From Bigelowiella natans CCMP2755 (Eukaryota; Protista; Cercozoa), in the NCBI GenBank assembly GCA_000320545.1, contig ADNK01002555.1, forward strand, positions 1-64,000: 64,000 nt of DNA. Reading direction: 5' to 3'. A program made the translations under genes and the position numbers. Shown here piece after piece: positions 1 through 12,755 of this stretch (position 1 is the stretch's first letter; every line of letters begins with the position of its first letter). The notes beneath the pieces were generated by a model, which was given only the letters and a program-made list of their open reading frames with translations, did no database searches and was not told the origin of the DNA.

Positions 1-5
1 ACCAG

Positions 6-170
6 GGAAAATTTTACGGAAAGAATCATTGTTCTTCTTGGATGGATATTTACGCTAGATTTGATAGTGCAACCATAAATTTGGGAGTCCTGCTGAAACC
101 ACTGTCTCCATGTCGTGTCCCATGGGTTCAAGATGTGTATAGTCAATGTCGTCATGACAAACACCAATGA
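6..170 (+). CDS. Probable terminal exon of a gene beginning upstream of the window (product unknown)
   Basis: CCAG acceptor at 2-5, then an open frame GKFYGKNHCSSWMDIYARFDSATINLGVLLKPLSPCRVPWVQDVYSQCRHDKHQ ending in TGA at 168-170. No recognisable motif. Confidence 0.4.
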   Translation, partial: GKFYGKNHCSSWMDIYARFDSATINLGVLLKPLSPCRVPWVQDVYSQCRHDKHQ

Positions 171-697
171 TACACATAATTATGGATCTACATATGTACA
201 TAGATGCATACTTTCCGATTAGTGAAATAACAATGACATTGATGTGCGGTTTTGCTTTGTCGCTACTCAGGACTTCTAGACTGGCTACTCCCTGTAGATA
301 AAATAAGAGATTATAGCTTGCTTGCCTCTTTGCATAGTATGTAGCACAGCTGGAGTGTCATCTCCATGAGCGTGTAGTACACACGTGCTGGCATAGCACT
401 GACTATAGCTGACCACACTAGCACACTGTTCTAGTGATACCTACCCATTTACAGCATATTAGCATGGTGGCTTGTATGGATGTAGCTGATGTGCTCAAAA
501 AGTTACTGTTCATCGTCTGATACAAATGCTAGAATGCATCGTTGTGGAATGTGCTTTTAGGAGAACGCAACGACCAATTTGTCCATCTAGCCATGTGAAG
601 AAAATGGTCTATGTGTGCTAGACAATACAAAGTATGTGTAGTGTGACAATGCTGCATGCATATTTTGCCGTGTAGAATGTTGCGTGATATCCTTGTG

Positions 698-728
<31 letters not shown>

Positions 729-950
729 GAGGAGGAGGAGGAGGAGGAGGAGGAGGAGGAGGAGGAGGAGGAGGGGGAGGAGGAGGGAGAGTGCAAAACC
801 AAGAACAATATAATGAAAAACCATCTTGAAAGCTATGGTGATGATGATGATGTTGATGATGACGATGATTATGGTAAATAAATAGAAAGGTAATATATGC
901 AGCTACTGTCACCATTGTCATCACCAGTATCATCATCATCATCTTATTTC

Positions 951-2883
951 TCAATCCCATAAGACGTATAAGCATCTAAAGCATAGACTATCGGCCTTTA
1001 ACCAGTCGATCAACCACTCAATAGCAAGTGGGAGAGCACGAATGGCTTTGAATCATACACATATAGCACATAATCTAGATGACCTGCAGAATGAGGATTT
1101 GCTCTAGAGAATCCTTTGGAAGCTCCTGAGAGATGATGCAGCCATATAAGAATGACGAATATTCACATTAACATAAGGCAGCATGCTCCGCATATTGAAA
1201 CACACAAAAGATAAGAGGGGGCGAGAAAGAGGAGGGGGAAAAGAGAGAGTGTGTGTGTGTGTGTGTAGTGTGCGTGTATGTAGTAACTCTGTACGAAATG
1301 CAAAAGGTAGCACAGCACCCTAGAGAGAGCTCTTGTGCAGATGACTCCGTAGTCGGTCAAAACATCATTACAGCTTCCTGATGATACACGCAGAGGTGTG
1401 CACATTTTATTAATCTTATTATGTCATACCATATTATATTATAGGCAAGAAAAAAGGAAAACCAACAAGAAAATCAATAAGTTAGAGAAGCAAACAAATA
1501 CAACTTAAACACAATCCGACTATGTGCTGTTATATTCTCATGATGAATGATTTCCACAGCAAAATCCAAAAACATGTTGAGGATGGAGCGCAATTTCATA
1601 GATTTTTACTCGAATCTAGCTGTTTTTCCACCCTTTTCTTTTCATCTTCAAACCCGTCCTTGTGAGCATCAGTTAGAACCGTCATTAAGATGCAATATAT
1701 TCGTATCCGATATGATGATTGTGTGCGTGCACTTATGATAAATTTATCGTATAGCAGTTCCAACACAGCGGGTAGAGCAGACAATATATCACCTTTGTTA
1801 GAAATGCTTTGAGAGGCTCCGATTCCTCAAAGTAACTTTTTGCAACAAAATAAATTATTAGTCATATTTAATAAAGGGAAATTACAGTTTTCGTTACTAG
1901 TTACTAGTATGATGATGCGTTTTATGATTCGTAAGGTGTATCCAAATCTACTACTCCTTCTGCTTCTATTTTATTGTTATTCTGTCACCTGTAACGCAGT
2001 AGCATACAGAGAAATCTTTTCAGGCCGAGCTGCCTATATCGATATCAAAATATTATTGAAAGTGTTTATCAGCGTGAGAACATATGCCTTTCGGGGTACA
2101 TCGTCAATGAAGTCGTTACTGATTAAGGTTTATAGCGCCACCTTTCCTCGTCGAATTTTTCGTCTTTAAAGATTCTTTTCCCAGGAATAGGAGGTATCAT
2201 TAGACCGGGGAAGGTCTTAGCCAATGATCTGGAGTGAGAAGGTACATGTGATGCATAAAATATACAGACAGATAGATACAAATCCCTCAATCACGTGCTC
2301 ACAGTGAATACATTAAAAACATAGAGGTGTATGTTTATGTGCGTGTTGTCATTCATACATAAACGAACTACGATAGTGTGCTGCAATTACGTTCTTAGCC
2401 ATAGAAAGTCCTTGTAGCGCCTCCTCACTCCCTTGGCAAATATCTGGACATCATTTGCACATGCTTTTCAATGCGCTTTCGCTTCTGATTGTGTAACTGT
2501 GTAGGTAAGTGTATTGAGCTGACCTTGCTGTCCGTGTTGGCATTAACGCTTACAGAATAAGTAACGTATCTGAAACATTGAGATTCGATATAAGAAACAT
2601 TTAGAAAGAAAGATAATACACTAAAGATTGATACAAACGCAAAGCTCGAATTGTCCGTTTTGCTTCGTCTGTACACCCACTTAACTTACTTTGTTCCCCA
2701 ATTTGTGCCCTCCAGCTTGGGGTCACAAACGCTAACATCGTCTATATATTCGATATAATATTCTCGTTATTTCGGTGTAATGTTGATCTTTTTAGTTACA
2801 ATAAGGAGGTGGGCGATTTATTCCACGTTATTCTATCACAATTAAAGTTATCGACCAATTTTCTTGTTTGGATCTTCAGCCAT
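951..2883 (-). CDS. PX-domain protein (sorting nexin-like), multi-exon; 3' end uncertain (~951-1012)
   Basis: Hand-spliced GT-AG exons from ATG 2883: MAEDPNKKIDDVSVCDPKLEGTNWGTKYVTYSVSVNANTDSKIFAKGVRRRYKDFLWLRTSLAKTFPGLMIPPIPGKRIFKDEKFDEERQLGLKRFLCMLLRYSYFEESEPLKAFLTK. Contains PX hallmarks YVTY, RRRYxDFxWL, PPxPxK and EERxxxLxxFL. Confidence 0.85.
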
Positions 2884-3721
2884 TGCGTCTACAACACAAT
2901 TTCCTCCCTGCTCGTGGGTAGATGGGGTACGAACAACCCAAGGGGGGGGGGGGCTTCGGATATTATTTTCTAGAAGAATCACTATTTTCAGCAGAATCGT
3001 TGTTACACAGTTCCCTCAGCAATTTACAATTTAGGAATACGACAACAAAAATCCATTTTAACCAGATATATTATTGGGAAATTTAAATTTATTATAAATG
3101 AACGACGTTAAAACCCAGAGGTCATCGATCTTGAAAATCGGTAATAATTGAATTAAGTATGTTTTTAATTGGCGACAATTTATATAATGAGAATTCATTA
3201 CTAACGGCATTATGCTTAGATTATATCCATAATCAGCATCTAGAATCATGTCGTTAAGTTGAATTACAGTACAAATCAAATGAATTCCTCAGGCGCCCAC
3301 GAGGCCGGATAGAAAATCGATTTTTCGTTCGAAGAATAATTGAAAATGTAATTCATTTATTCTGTAAAATATTGAGTATTATATGTCGTATACAATAAAA
3401 GCCATTCATAGTATCCTGTATTTGGCTGGATGCACACTTACATCCTGCTTATTAACAGCGATTTTACATTCGATCTCCTCCATTCAACTGCTAACGAAGC
3501 TTTCCCCACCCACACACATCAAAACATGACGCGCTTTTATCTCCCATCTCGTGAAAGCATCTCTAAGTATAAAGGTATTTTTAATAGAATTGCACCAAAC
3601 CGCTGGATTTTGACAGCTAAAAGGAATTCGTTTGCAGCGATGAGCGATTTGCATCGAATAGTCGCTTATTCCCTTCAACAAAATAAATACCTTCCCTATT
3701 CAATTTCCATACCTATTTTCC

Positions 3722-4945
3722 ATGGCGGCAGCTATACGAAGTAGATACACAACCACTGAGAGCATTGAATAAAACGCTAATGAAATATGATGTGTTGCTG
3801 GGTGAAATGCGATTGCTGTGTTCCCCGTTGACACCTTTCCTTGTTTTGCTTTCTCCTATTCTTTCATTATAACTTCATAGCACTCGCTCGCTGTGTTGTC
3901 TTTCTTCTTGTGGTCTTCTTTGTAGAGGTGATATAATCCTGCAAAGATGTGTGTTGACTTAGATACTATTCTTCATCAACTTAATGGACTAGATGTTAAC
4001 TACGATGCTTTATACATTATATTGTTGTTCTTTGGCCAGTCTCGTACTACGCAATCAAACTTAAAGCCAGTGAGGGGAGGGCTGCGAGGGTAGTAAGCAT
4101 ACAACATGCTGCAACATCACACGCCTCACGCCTCATCAGAACACGCCTTATTGCACAATCCAAACATGCAGGAGTTATTACATCCAATGTAAACAAACAA
4201 TCGACATGGAATGCACAGGAGCTGCAGAAAGCCATAGATCCCCTTTCATATTTTGTGTTTTGTAAAATGTTGCGTGTTTGTGTGTTTGTGTCCCTGCCTA
4301 CATTACCAGTGTTGTGCGACGTTCTTTCCAAAAAAACCGAAACACGAACGGCCTAAGCAGGTCCCCATACGAAGTCGCAGAGGGGGGAGAAAAAGAGAGA
4401 AGGGTAGAGGGAAAAGTACGACTAAAAGTTATCGTGAAACAAATCTGTGAGAGGGGAAGAATAAGGACAGAACATTTGGAATTGTTTTCTTCAAGTACGG
4501 TATCACTATGTGCCTACATAGGGTTAGCTCATTTTCGGCTCATTGTGTTGGTAAAACAGCCATAATTTTGAGTAAACATTACATTCTTAATCAATATGAC
4601 GATAGTAATGATGACAGTTTGGATAACTCTTCTTGATTCCTTGTTCTTTTTCCTGCTCCTTATGTTGGGATAGGCCACCAAGAGCTTTACAATCACACAG
4701 TCACATCCCAGTAATAATATTACATCGTACATGATGAAGATGATGATGATGCAAAGATACTGTTTTGTAAAATATGAGTATGCATTGTGAGGATGCGCTA
4801 TTGTGACTTGTGATAATCGCCCTGCCCATTGATCGTGTTATTCAGCATGACTTCACCGCAAACAACAACCGATTGGCGGCTGCTCTCTCTCCCAGGAAGT
4901 AATCGAGTTTTGTTGTGACTAACACAATATAATGCTCTTTTTCTG

Positions 4946-4990
<45 letters not shown>

Positions 4991-5101
4991 GGCGAGTGTG
5001 TATATTTGTTTTCATCTGAATAGTATGCATTGAAACTGGTTGTCCGTCCTCTCTCTCCAGGTTGTCTCTTTTGGCATCTGCAGGACTTATTTGCCAGCTT
5101 G

Positions 5102-5140
<39 letters not shown>

Positions 5141-5164
5141 CCGATAACTATGCGATTAGGAGAG

Positions 5165-5204
<40 letters not shown>

Positions 5205-5319
5205 TATATATAAACGCTACTTGCATATCAATCAACAATGATATCATGTTACGATTGCGTAGTAGCCTATTGTGGTGTATAGTATGGAATATGATAAACA
5301 TGCTCTTGCTCACTGTGGG

Positions 5320-5356
<37 letters not shown>

Positions 5357-6419
5357 CTTAACAGCGAGTAGTGGAGGGGGGTCAGGAGTATTCGGAGCTC
5401 TTCCAAGGTACTACATTACGTTGATTCTTTCTTTCCGTCTTTCTCTATTTCTCTCTCTCTTTTCTCATTCATTATTTCTCTTTGTACTCGCATGTTTGTG
5501 TATGTATATGTGCGTGTCGTTACGTATAGGGCACAGACATCTGTATAAGAGCTGCTGTTTATTATCCGTTCCATTGTGTACCGATATTATCCTTTGATCG
5601 TGCAACGACATAATCACCACATCAAGCTACATCGTCCATGATATAATATCAATACTATATTATATTATATATATATATATATATATACGAACACCGTTAG
5701 CGCATTAAATGGATTTGAAGACTTCGGGGCAAAGCTCTCCGCTATTCTCAACTCAACTGCCGATGCAAATACCAACGAGGAGGGAGGTCTCCGAATGAGG
5801 TTAGCATTTTGTGGTTTGTGTTTCCCTTGAGCATGTGTTCACGTACGTGCATTCTAGGCGAATGTGAGGCGCTTATACTTGTTTTATTATCTGCTCCCTC
5901 CGGTATTGATTCGAATTATTCAGATTTGGGGCAGTTATTCCAGGAGACTCGGCTGCGGAGTCAGTTTTGACGTTAGGTGGGATGATATTATGATATTATT
6001 TCTTCTTACGCAGGGATGCATTCACTTCCTACGTGATCTTCCAAGTGTTTTGTGATAGTGGGTATTGTTATGTATGTATGTAGAGGATGAAGTATAGGAT
6101 ATAGTCGTATCTCGAATACTTAACTTGGCATGTTGTAGCTGACAACACCATCTAATCATTAATTTCTCACTCTTTCCACGCAAATAACGTAATCTCCAGG
6201 AATCTACAACTTCCTCAATTACTACAACTTCGCAATCGTAGCGCGGCTGCTGCTTACGTGGTTTCCCAACCCCCCGCAGGTGTCTGTGTGTGGTGTGAAG
6301 GAGCGGGAGGGGGGGGTGATATAAATAGAAGTTGTTGGCACATTTTTCTTCTTCTTCGTCTTTTTTTAGACCGATTTTTTTGCACGTGTCGACAAGAAAT
6401 AAACAAACACATACAAATA

Positions 6420-6492
<73 letters not shown>

Positions 6493-7812
6493 CAAACCCC
6501 TTGATACAAGAAACAGAAACAACATGTGTATTATTAATTTCAGTACTTAACAAACTATCCACTACAACCAGGTGCTCGTAGGCCCTTTATCAGCAATATG
6601 TGATCCTTACTTGAATCTGTTCCGAGGAATCATTCCTCCTCTAGGTAGCAATATACAACAACATCGTGTGTTAACTCTACTACTTCTCGGGGGAGTGTAA
6701 AGAAATAAAGACTGATGATGGTGGTGAGAAGGGAGGGGAATATGTATATATCCTTCATCCCGACTAGTTGAGGAGAGGAGGGGAGATAATCTAAGACAAC
6801 GTCAGCCAACCGTGCATAGTAATCCTGGCTTTAATATTCTGTTTTTTTGGGGAGATTTATTCACGCTTGGTGTTGGGTGGTGTGTGTTTTAGGCCAACTA
6901 GACTTATCACCGATAATTTCCCTTGGTCTCCTCAACTTCATCACCGGCGCGTAAGTTACTACGTGATAGTGAATGTTAAAGCTGCACTAAAGAAGAGAGA
7001 AATTGTTGGTGGAAGTCTCTCCAATCTACCAACAACGGCCCCACACACTATGTTGTTTGTTTACGTATTATCGACGATACTTAATATTGCGCCTACAATA
7101 AAAGAAGCAGCTTCTTTCTCACACCAACTGCACATAATCACCAGCACTGCTGCTCTGCCGTGCGAGCTTCCCGCTGAGGACTCAGGAGCATCCTCTCAAA
7201 ACGCGTACGTAGAGGTGATGTTCTTTCCCTTCAAAACGATGTTAAATGAAGGTTCTAGCACATAGCGACAGAGGAGTAGGAAGGGGGATGGGAAAGTATG
7301 AGTAGTTTTATCTCTTGAACCCAATGAATCAGTGTGGTTTAGGAAGGGGGATGGGAAAGTATGAGTAGTTTTATCTCTTGAACCCAATGAATCAGTAGGA
7401 AGGGAGATGGGAAAGTATGAGTAGTTTTATCTCTTGAACCCAATGAATCAGTGTGGTTTAGGAAGGGGGATGGGAAAGTATGAGTAGTTTTATCTCTTGA
7501 ACCCTATGAATCAGTGTGGTTTAGGAAGGGGGATGGGAAAGTATGAGTAGTTTTATCTCTTGAACCCAATGAATCAGTGTGGTTTAGGAAGGGGGATGGG
7601 AAAGTATGAGTAGTTTTATCTCTTGAACCCAATGAATCAGTGTGGTTTGCCCATTAGATACGTGAGGCAATAAATGCTGATTTCTTCTCAAAATTAGTGA
7701 ATGTTTCATTCACGCATTCGATATTTCCTATTATTACAACAGGAGGGCATTAAAGTCTCGGAAGATAGCTACTAGAGTGCATGTGGAGCCAGATCAAGTC
7801 ATCTCCGACTGA
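3722..7812 (+). CDS. YLMG2: YGGT/YlmG family protein (YLMG2-like) with bipartite plastid-targeting leader; 14 exons
   Basis: Phase-consistent exons 3722-3740, 3881-3927, 4040-4089/4092, 4310-4415, 4846-4898, 5061-5101, 5365-5407, 5701-5799, 5924-5976, 6200-6279, 6572-6644, 6893-6950, 7145-7204, 7743-7812. The core IYNFLNYYNFAIVARLLLTWFPNPPQVLVGPLSAICDPYLNLFRGIIPPLGQLDLSPIISLGLLNF...ALPCELP is the YGGT signature. Confidence 0.92.
7277..7648. repeat. 63-bp minisatellite, ~6 copies, in the last YLMG intron
   Basis: Unit aggaagggggatgggaaagtatgagtagttttatctcttgaacccaatgaatcagtgtggttt repeated head-to-tail, one copy truncated to 56 bp, no unique spacers. Confidence 0.95.
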
Positions 7813-8089
7813 TTGTGTTTTCAACACGATTATAATCAAAAATGTGCAGAAGATGCTGCAAAATAAGCGTTGGATAACTAATGTTATTTTACGAACCATG
7901 CGTGAATTTTGTCAACTGTAGCCTCGGGGGATGAGGATGATGTGATTCCGCACTTAGAGCATCATCGCATGTACATCCCGTCGCACATTACTGCTAAATG
8001 AAATGAATGAGTAGTAGTCACTCGGTCGATGAACAAATTAATATAGACTAAGATTCAAGGGGAAAACGGGAACTACAGAGTCCATGCAT

Positions 8090-9300
8090 GTCTACTATGT
8101 CAGTCAAGCGGTGGGCCATTCATCATAGCATGAAACATCAAAAGATGGTGTATGGTCTTGTTTTTGTTGTTGTCATGCATGTTGCACTGCAGCAATATAT
8201 GGGTTCGTCGTGCGCATGACAGCTCAGCTAGCTCAGTGCTAGATTCGCAATGGATAACGATCGCAATGAACACTAGCAGCATGCGTAGCGCTGTCATTGT
8301 TGCGAGAATGATGTTGCATTGCATCATTTGCACGTAACGAACTGTTGCAAGTGCTTCACATGAAACAAACGCATTTCCAAATCTGCGCACAACTAGCTAG
8401 CAAAACAATACTAGAATAACCGTGCTAGCGTGAAGCACTCTAGCACTGTGCAGAGTAGCTTGACGTGCGTAAAGCTATAGCATGAACATGACAATGCTAG
8501 AATGGATGGTCGCACGTACACATCTAGATGCCTTCGATTGTGTTGCAGACTGCGCAGTGCTAGAGTGCTAGAGTGTCGTGCTTCAGCTGCATTGCTATAG
8601 ATTGTGGCCTACAAGGTCTAGAAGTTCTAGAGTTGACTTTGCATCACACTAGCAGCACAACTAGACAAGTTGTGAGCTAGCAAGCAAGCACTAAATAGTG
8701 GTATTTTGCAAGTTGCATGCATTTGCGCATGTTTGCACCGTTCACAGTATTTTTTTGCATGCGGTATAACAAAATGGACACTAGCATAGCCGAACGGGTT
8801 GCAAAAGAGAACCATTCTGCAATGGCATCAATTGGCACGGTTTTCGCGCGATAGCTAGCTAGGATCGTGGCCATGCTAGTGCGTACATGGCCGTCACGCA
8901 GCACGCCTTCATGCATCGCTAGACTATCACACCTTGCTCACACTTGCTAGCTTGTGGCGTCATCGGTTAACAATCTGCTCGTCATCGACAAATGGAATCA
9001 TCATCAGCTAGTCAGACATCACTCTAGCTAGCTAACGCTCATTTGTTAGCTTACACAGTGGCGCGTTTATGTGTGTATTGTGACTCAAAATGCACCAGCT
9101 AGCCAGCTAGCTGTCATTGTTCATCAAAATTGGATGCCAGCAGCTCGCTTGAAATAAATGCAGACGGCGAGCATTCATCTAGCTGTGTTCAACAACACAA
9201 CCAGACAACCCCTGTGTGCAACTAATAATTTAGCAAACGCTATCATCTAGATCATCTAGTTATGTGTACATGCATGATGCATGGTGATTGTAGACGTACA
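8090..9300. other. CTAG-rich, TpA-skewed compositional island between convergent gene ends
   Basis: About 31 CTAG in 8221-9260 versus about 4 expected by chance; other TA contexts are uncommon. Lies between the YLMG stop (7812, +) and the PIPK-like gene stop (9511, -). Confidence 0.85.
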
Positions 9301-9510
9301 CAACATCTTATAATTTAAATGAACACCGAATGGCGCATTTGACATGTACAACTTTGCTTTTACGTGAAGAATAATTAACTCGAAAAAAACCAAAAGATAT
9401 AACTTGATCACTGTAGTAATGATTTGTTGTATACACACTTTGTTTAATAAAACCCCAGCGCTAACACCTAATATCACCTTCTATAACTGTAAAAACTTCC
9501 AATCTTAGCG

Positions 9511-10042
9511 TTATCTTAACTTCGGAATCACAGCGTCTGCAAAAGCTTGTTTATACGTATGTGCAGCTGCGGATATACCTGAAGATGGAGTGTGAGGTAA
9601 ACAAAAGGTGAAAAATACATTCACGAGATGTTGCGAATGTTACAAAGTATTCAACGTTCTTCAATGGAGCAAATCGGCATCTTTGGTCGTTTTCAAGAAA
9701 AAGTATTACATAACAGCCTCTTATGTTACCAACACTACCGAAGCTACTCTAATAGCATTGATTTCAAAAAAAATATCCATGATTTATTAGTGATGACTAT
9801 GCTTTTTTCGTTTGTGTGAAAAGTCTTACTCATTCTCCTTCCTCTGGGCTGAGATGTGAAATACGAAGGGACCTGAAAACAACAACAACAAAAATAATAA
9901 TGTTCTTGGATAATACGGAGCAGTCACACCAAAACATAATACAGCATAGCATACACAATCATCGGATACAACTATGATGTACTACCAAACCTGCCAATGT
10001 AGTCAGAGTAAGAGAGAAAGCAATACGAATCAATGTATGTAA

Positions 10043-10084
<42 letters not shown>

Positions 10085-12718
10085 GGAAATTGATCTCATA
10101 CACTCACCATCCTCGAGGTATACTATAGCGTATACATAAGTCAATTAGAAAGGAAAAACATGATGATGTGTCTATCATCATATCATCATAGCACCGTGAT
10201 GGAGGTGCCTGTTTCGAATACATTCACAATTCCTATGAAGTAGCGTGCCTAAGAGGATGGTAATGAGTCAAATATTAGTATAAGTCACACACAAACACAC
10301 ACAAACACACACACACACACACACACACACAGCCTCAACCACACTCACACAAATGACTTGATAACCGCAATCCCCATTCCAAATAGAGAAACTCTTACCC
10401 TCGTCTGCTTTTTGTCCTTTGAATAATGACCGCTTGACAACGGCAATGGTGATGCTTCAATTCCTCCCCCCCCACCCCATGTTTTCCTTGGAAGTGACTG
10501 AACTCCACTAGACCAACGAATTGCGCAATATTCAATCACCTGCAATTAAAGCACACGGCATACTTACATTAGTTATTCGAATCAAATTTGAAGTAAATAG
10601 CGAAACACACCGAGTAATAATTCACTGTACCAATTTCATGCCGTTTGATTTAACACGTTTAGGAAATGTGCAGCAAACACATACTGATATTTGGAAGTAT
10701 TGCTACACTATTATTCAGAAAAGATACGAGGAAAAATATTTTAGACACTCCTAACGATACCGGGTACTACAAAAAAAGTAAGAAATCTCAAATTCACAAT
10801 CTTCATTGACCAGTTTGGACGCTTTCCTTGGCAGATGAAGAGCATGATGCAGTTGACGTTGTACAGCATATTTCCAACGAATGACTGTAGGCTTGTAGTA
10901 TTCTAGAGCCAATGAAGCCAAAGCACGTGTGTCCATCTTTCCCTACGAAGGAGAGCATAAATGTGAAGTGAGCAAAACTTATCACTATTGGCTTTATTTT
11001 AATGATCCTTTACGTATCGCTAGCTATTGTGCACGTATGAGTTCTTCTTCGCGTCTCTTCATTAGTGTGTGCGTGGATGTTTGCTGCGCTATGACAAATC
11101 AGGCGCTAATATCTAACTCATTCTGTAACAATTCATCTAATCCACGAAATAACAAATTGGAAAAACGATGCAACAACAACACCTTGTACTGGAAGAAGTG
11201 TCCGTCGCTATTATCGGTTTTGATCCATATTGAGGGCGTGTCTAGCTTCCGATGAGAGTGAAAGAACGTGGAAAATATCTGATAGAAAATTACAACTATT
11301 ATTATCATTCTTCTGCAAATGTAATGTAGTGTTGGATTTTGTTCTTTTCCCTCTTTTGTTAACCAACCACAACTTGTTGCTTATGAAGCCCTTTCATCAT
11401 TGTGAGGTTAGACAAAGATACTCACCCAAGAGAATATCAGCAATACATCTGAAACACTTACTACTACTTGCTATTGCTTTATTTGGCAGTAAGGATATCG
11501 CAGCACCACCTTGTTGACCATTTCTTGCTCCTTCTGCACATGCAATCGACCAAAGAACACTTTCCCCTTTATAATACCAAAGAATTAGTGAAGGAAAACA
11601 CATTCTTCTTCGAACACGACACATAACGAAGAGAATGAAAAATGTTTGTTATGTGTTCTTATGACTCATCAAAATGTGACCACAACAGCATAGGGTAGCA
11701 TTTGTGAATGATGCTGTCGTGAAAGAGGTATTTTTATAATGCATTTTGCTGTTTTCATTTCTATTTCTTCTCTCTATCCCCTCCCTGGCGACCATCACAT
11801 GCCTTCTACATGTGTGTCTGTGTGTGTGTATGTGTGTGTGTGTGTGTGTGACATGTACGCGTAGTGTGTAATTGAGACCTTAAGACATTTGGCAGCTTGG
11901 TCCAGCACCATTAACATATGTTTTTCACCGTCTAAAAAGCAAACAATGGAAATCGATATACTTAGTCTTCGTCTCTCTTCACGTCTCTATAAGTCTGTAT
12001 AAATATATGGAATATAAACGTACGATATCACTAGAATATGTATCTTAATGTGCCAATGACCATTGTCCTTCTTATCGTCAGGAACGTGGTCTCCTTCTTC
12101 TTTGCAAATAAGAGAGGCGTTGTTTCCTTTCATCACACATAGAGAAAATAACGTGTAAATGTCAACTACTATTGGTTAACCATGCTGCGAGCATATAACG
12201 GAGTTTTGGCTGCATAAATTATATTTGTGCGTTGTGTGTGCAATATTAGCAAACTATCTTACCTTTATACAATGCAATGAAGATGAGAGGCTGTGAGTCG
12301 AGTAAGAAAGAGCCGTTTAAGATGGTGACTTCTGTAACTGAACCTAGTTATTTGCATATTTGCATATGCATCGTATATGTTAAATTTATATCTATGTTAT
12401 GGATGTAGGAAAAATACCATTTCAACCTTTGGGATTTTCGCTCACTTTTCGCTCACACAATCATATATAAATACGCACAATTTCTTCCGTTCAACAGGTA
12501 ATGACAGCATGAAGTTGATTGGTCTCGAAAAATGCTAATCATATGTACATCGGCAATGTAAATATCAATTGTTGTAATTATCAAATTCCTGCTATAACAC
12601 GCACACACACACACCCACACACATGCCCATATACACCCGAATATGAGTTATATTATCACATACTTGAATTACATTATATTTATGCAATATATATTATATA
12701 TTAATTAATAAACATGTA

Positions 12719-12755
<37 letters not shown>

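Noticed and set aside
529-975. Poly-P/T/H ORFs and similar homopolymeric ORFs across the window
   Set aside because: They are translations of (GGA)n, (GTA)n, (CAT)n, (TA)n, (CA)n and (GA)n microsatellites in introns or spacers.
7277-7648. CRISPR-like array
   Set aside because: Head-to-tail near-identical units with no unique spacers, inside a spliceosomal intron, with no cas genes; it is a minisatellite.
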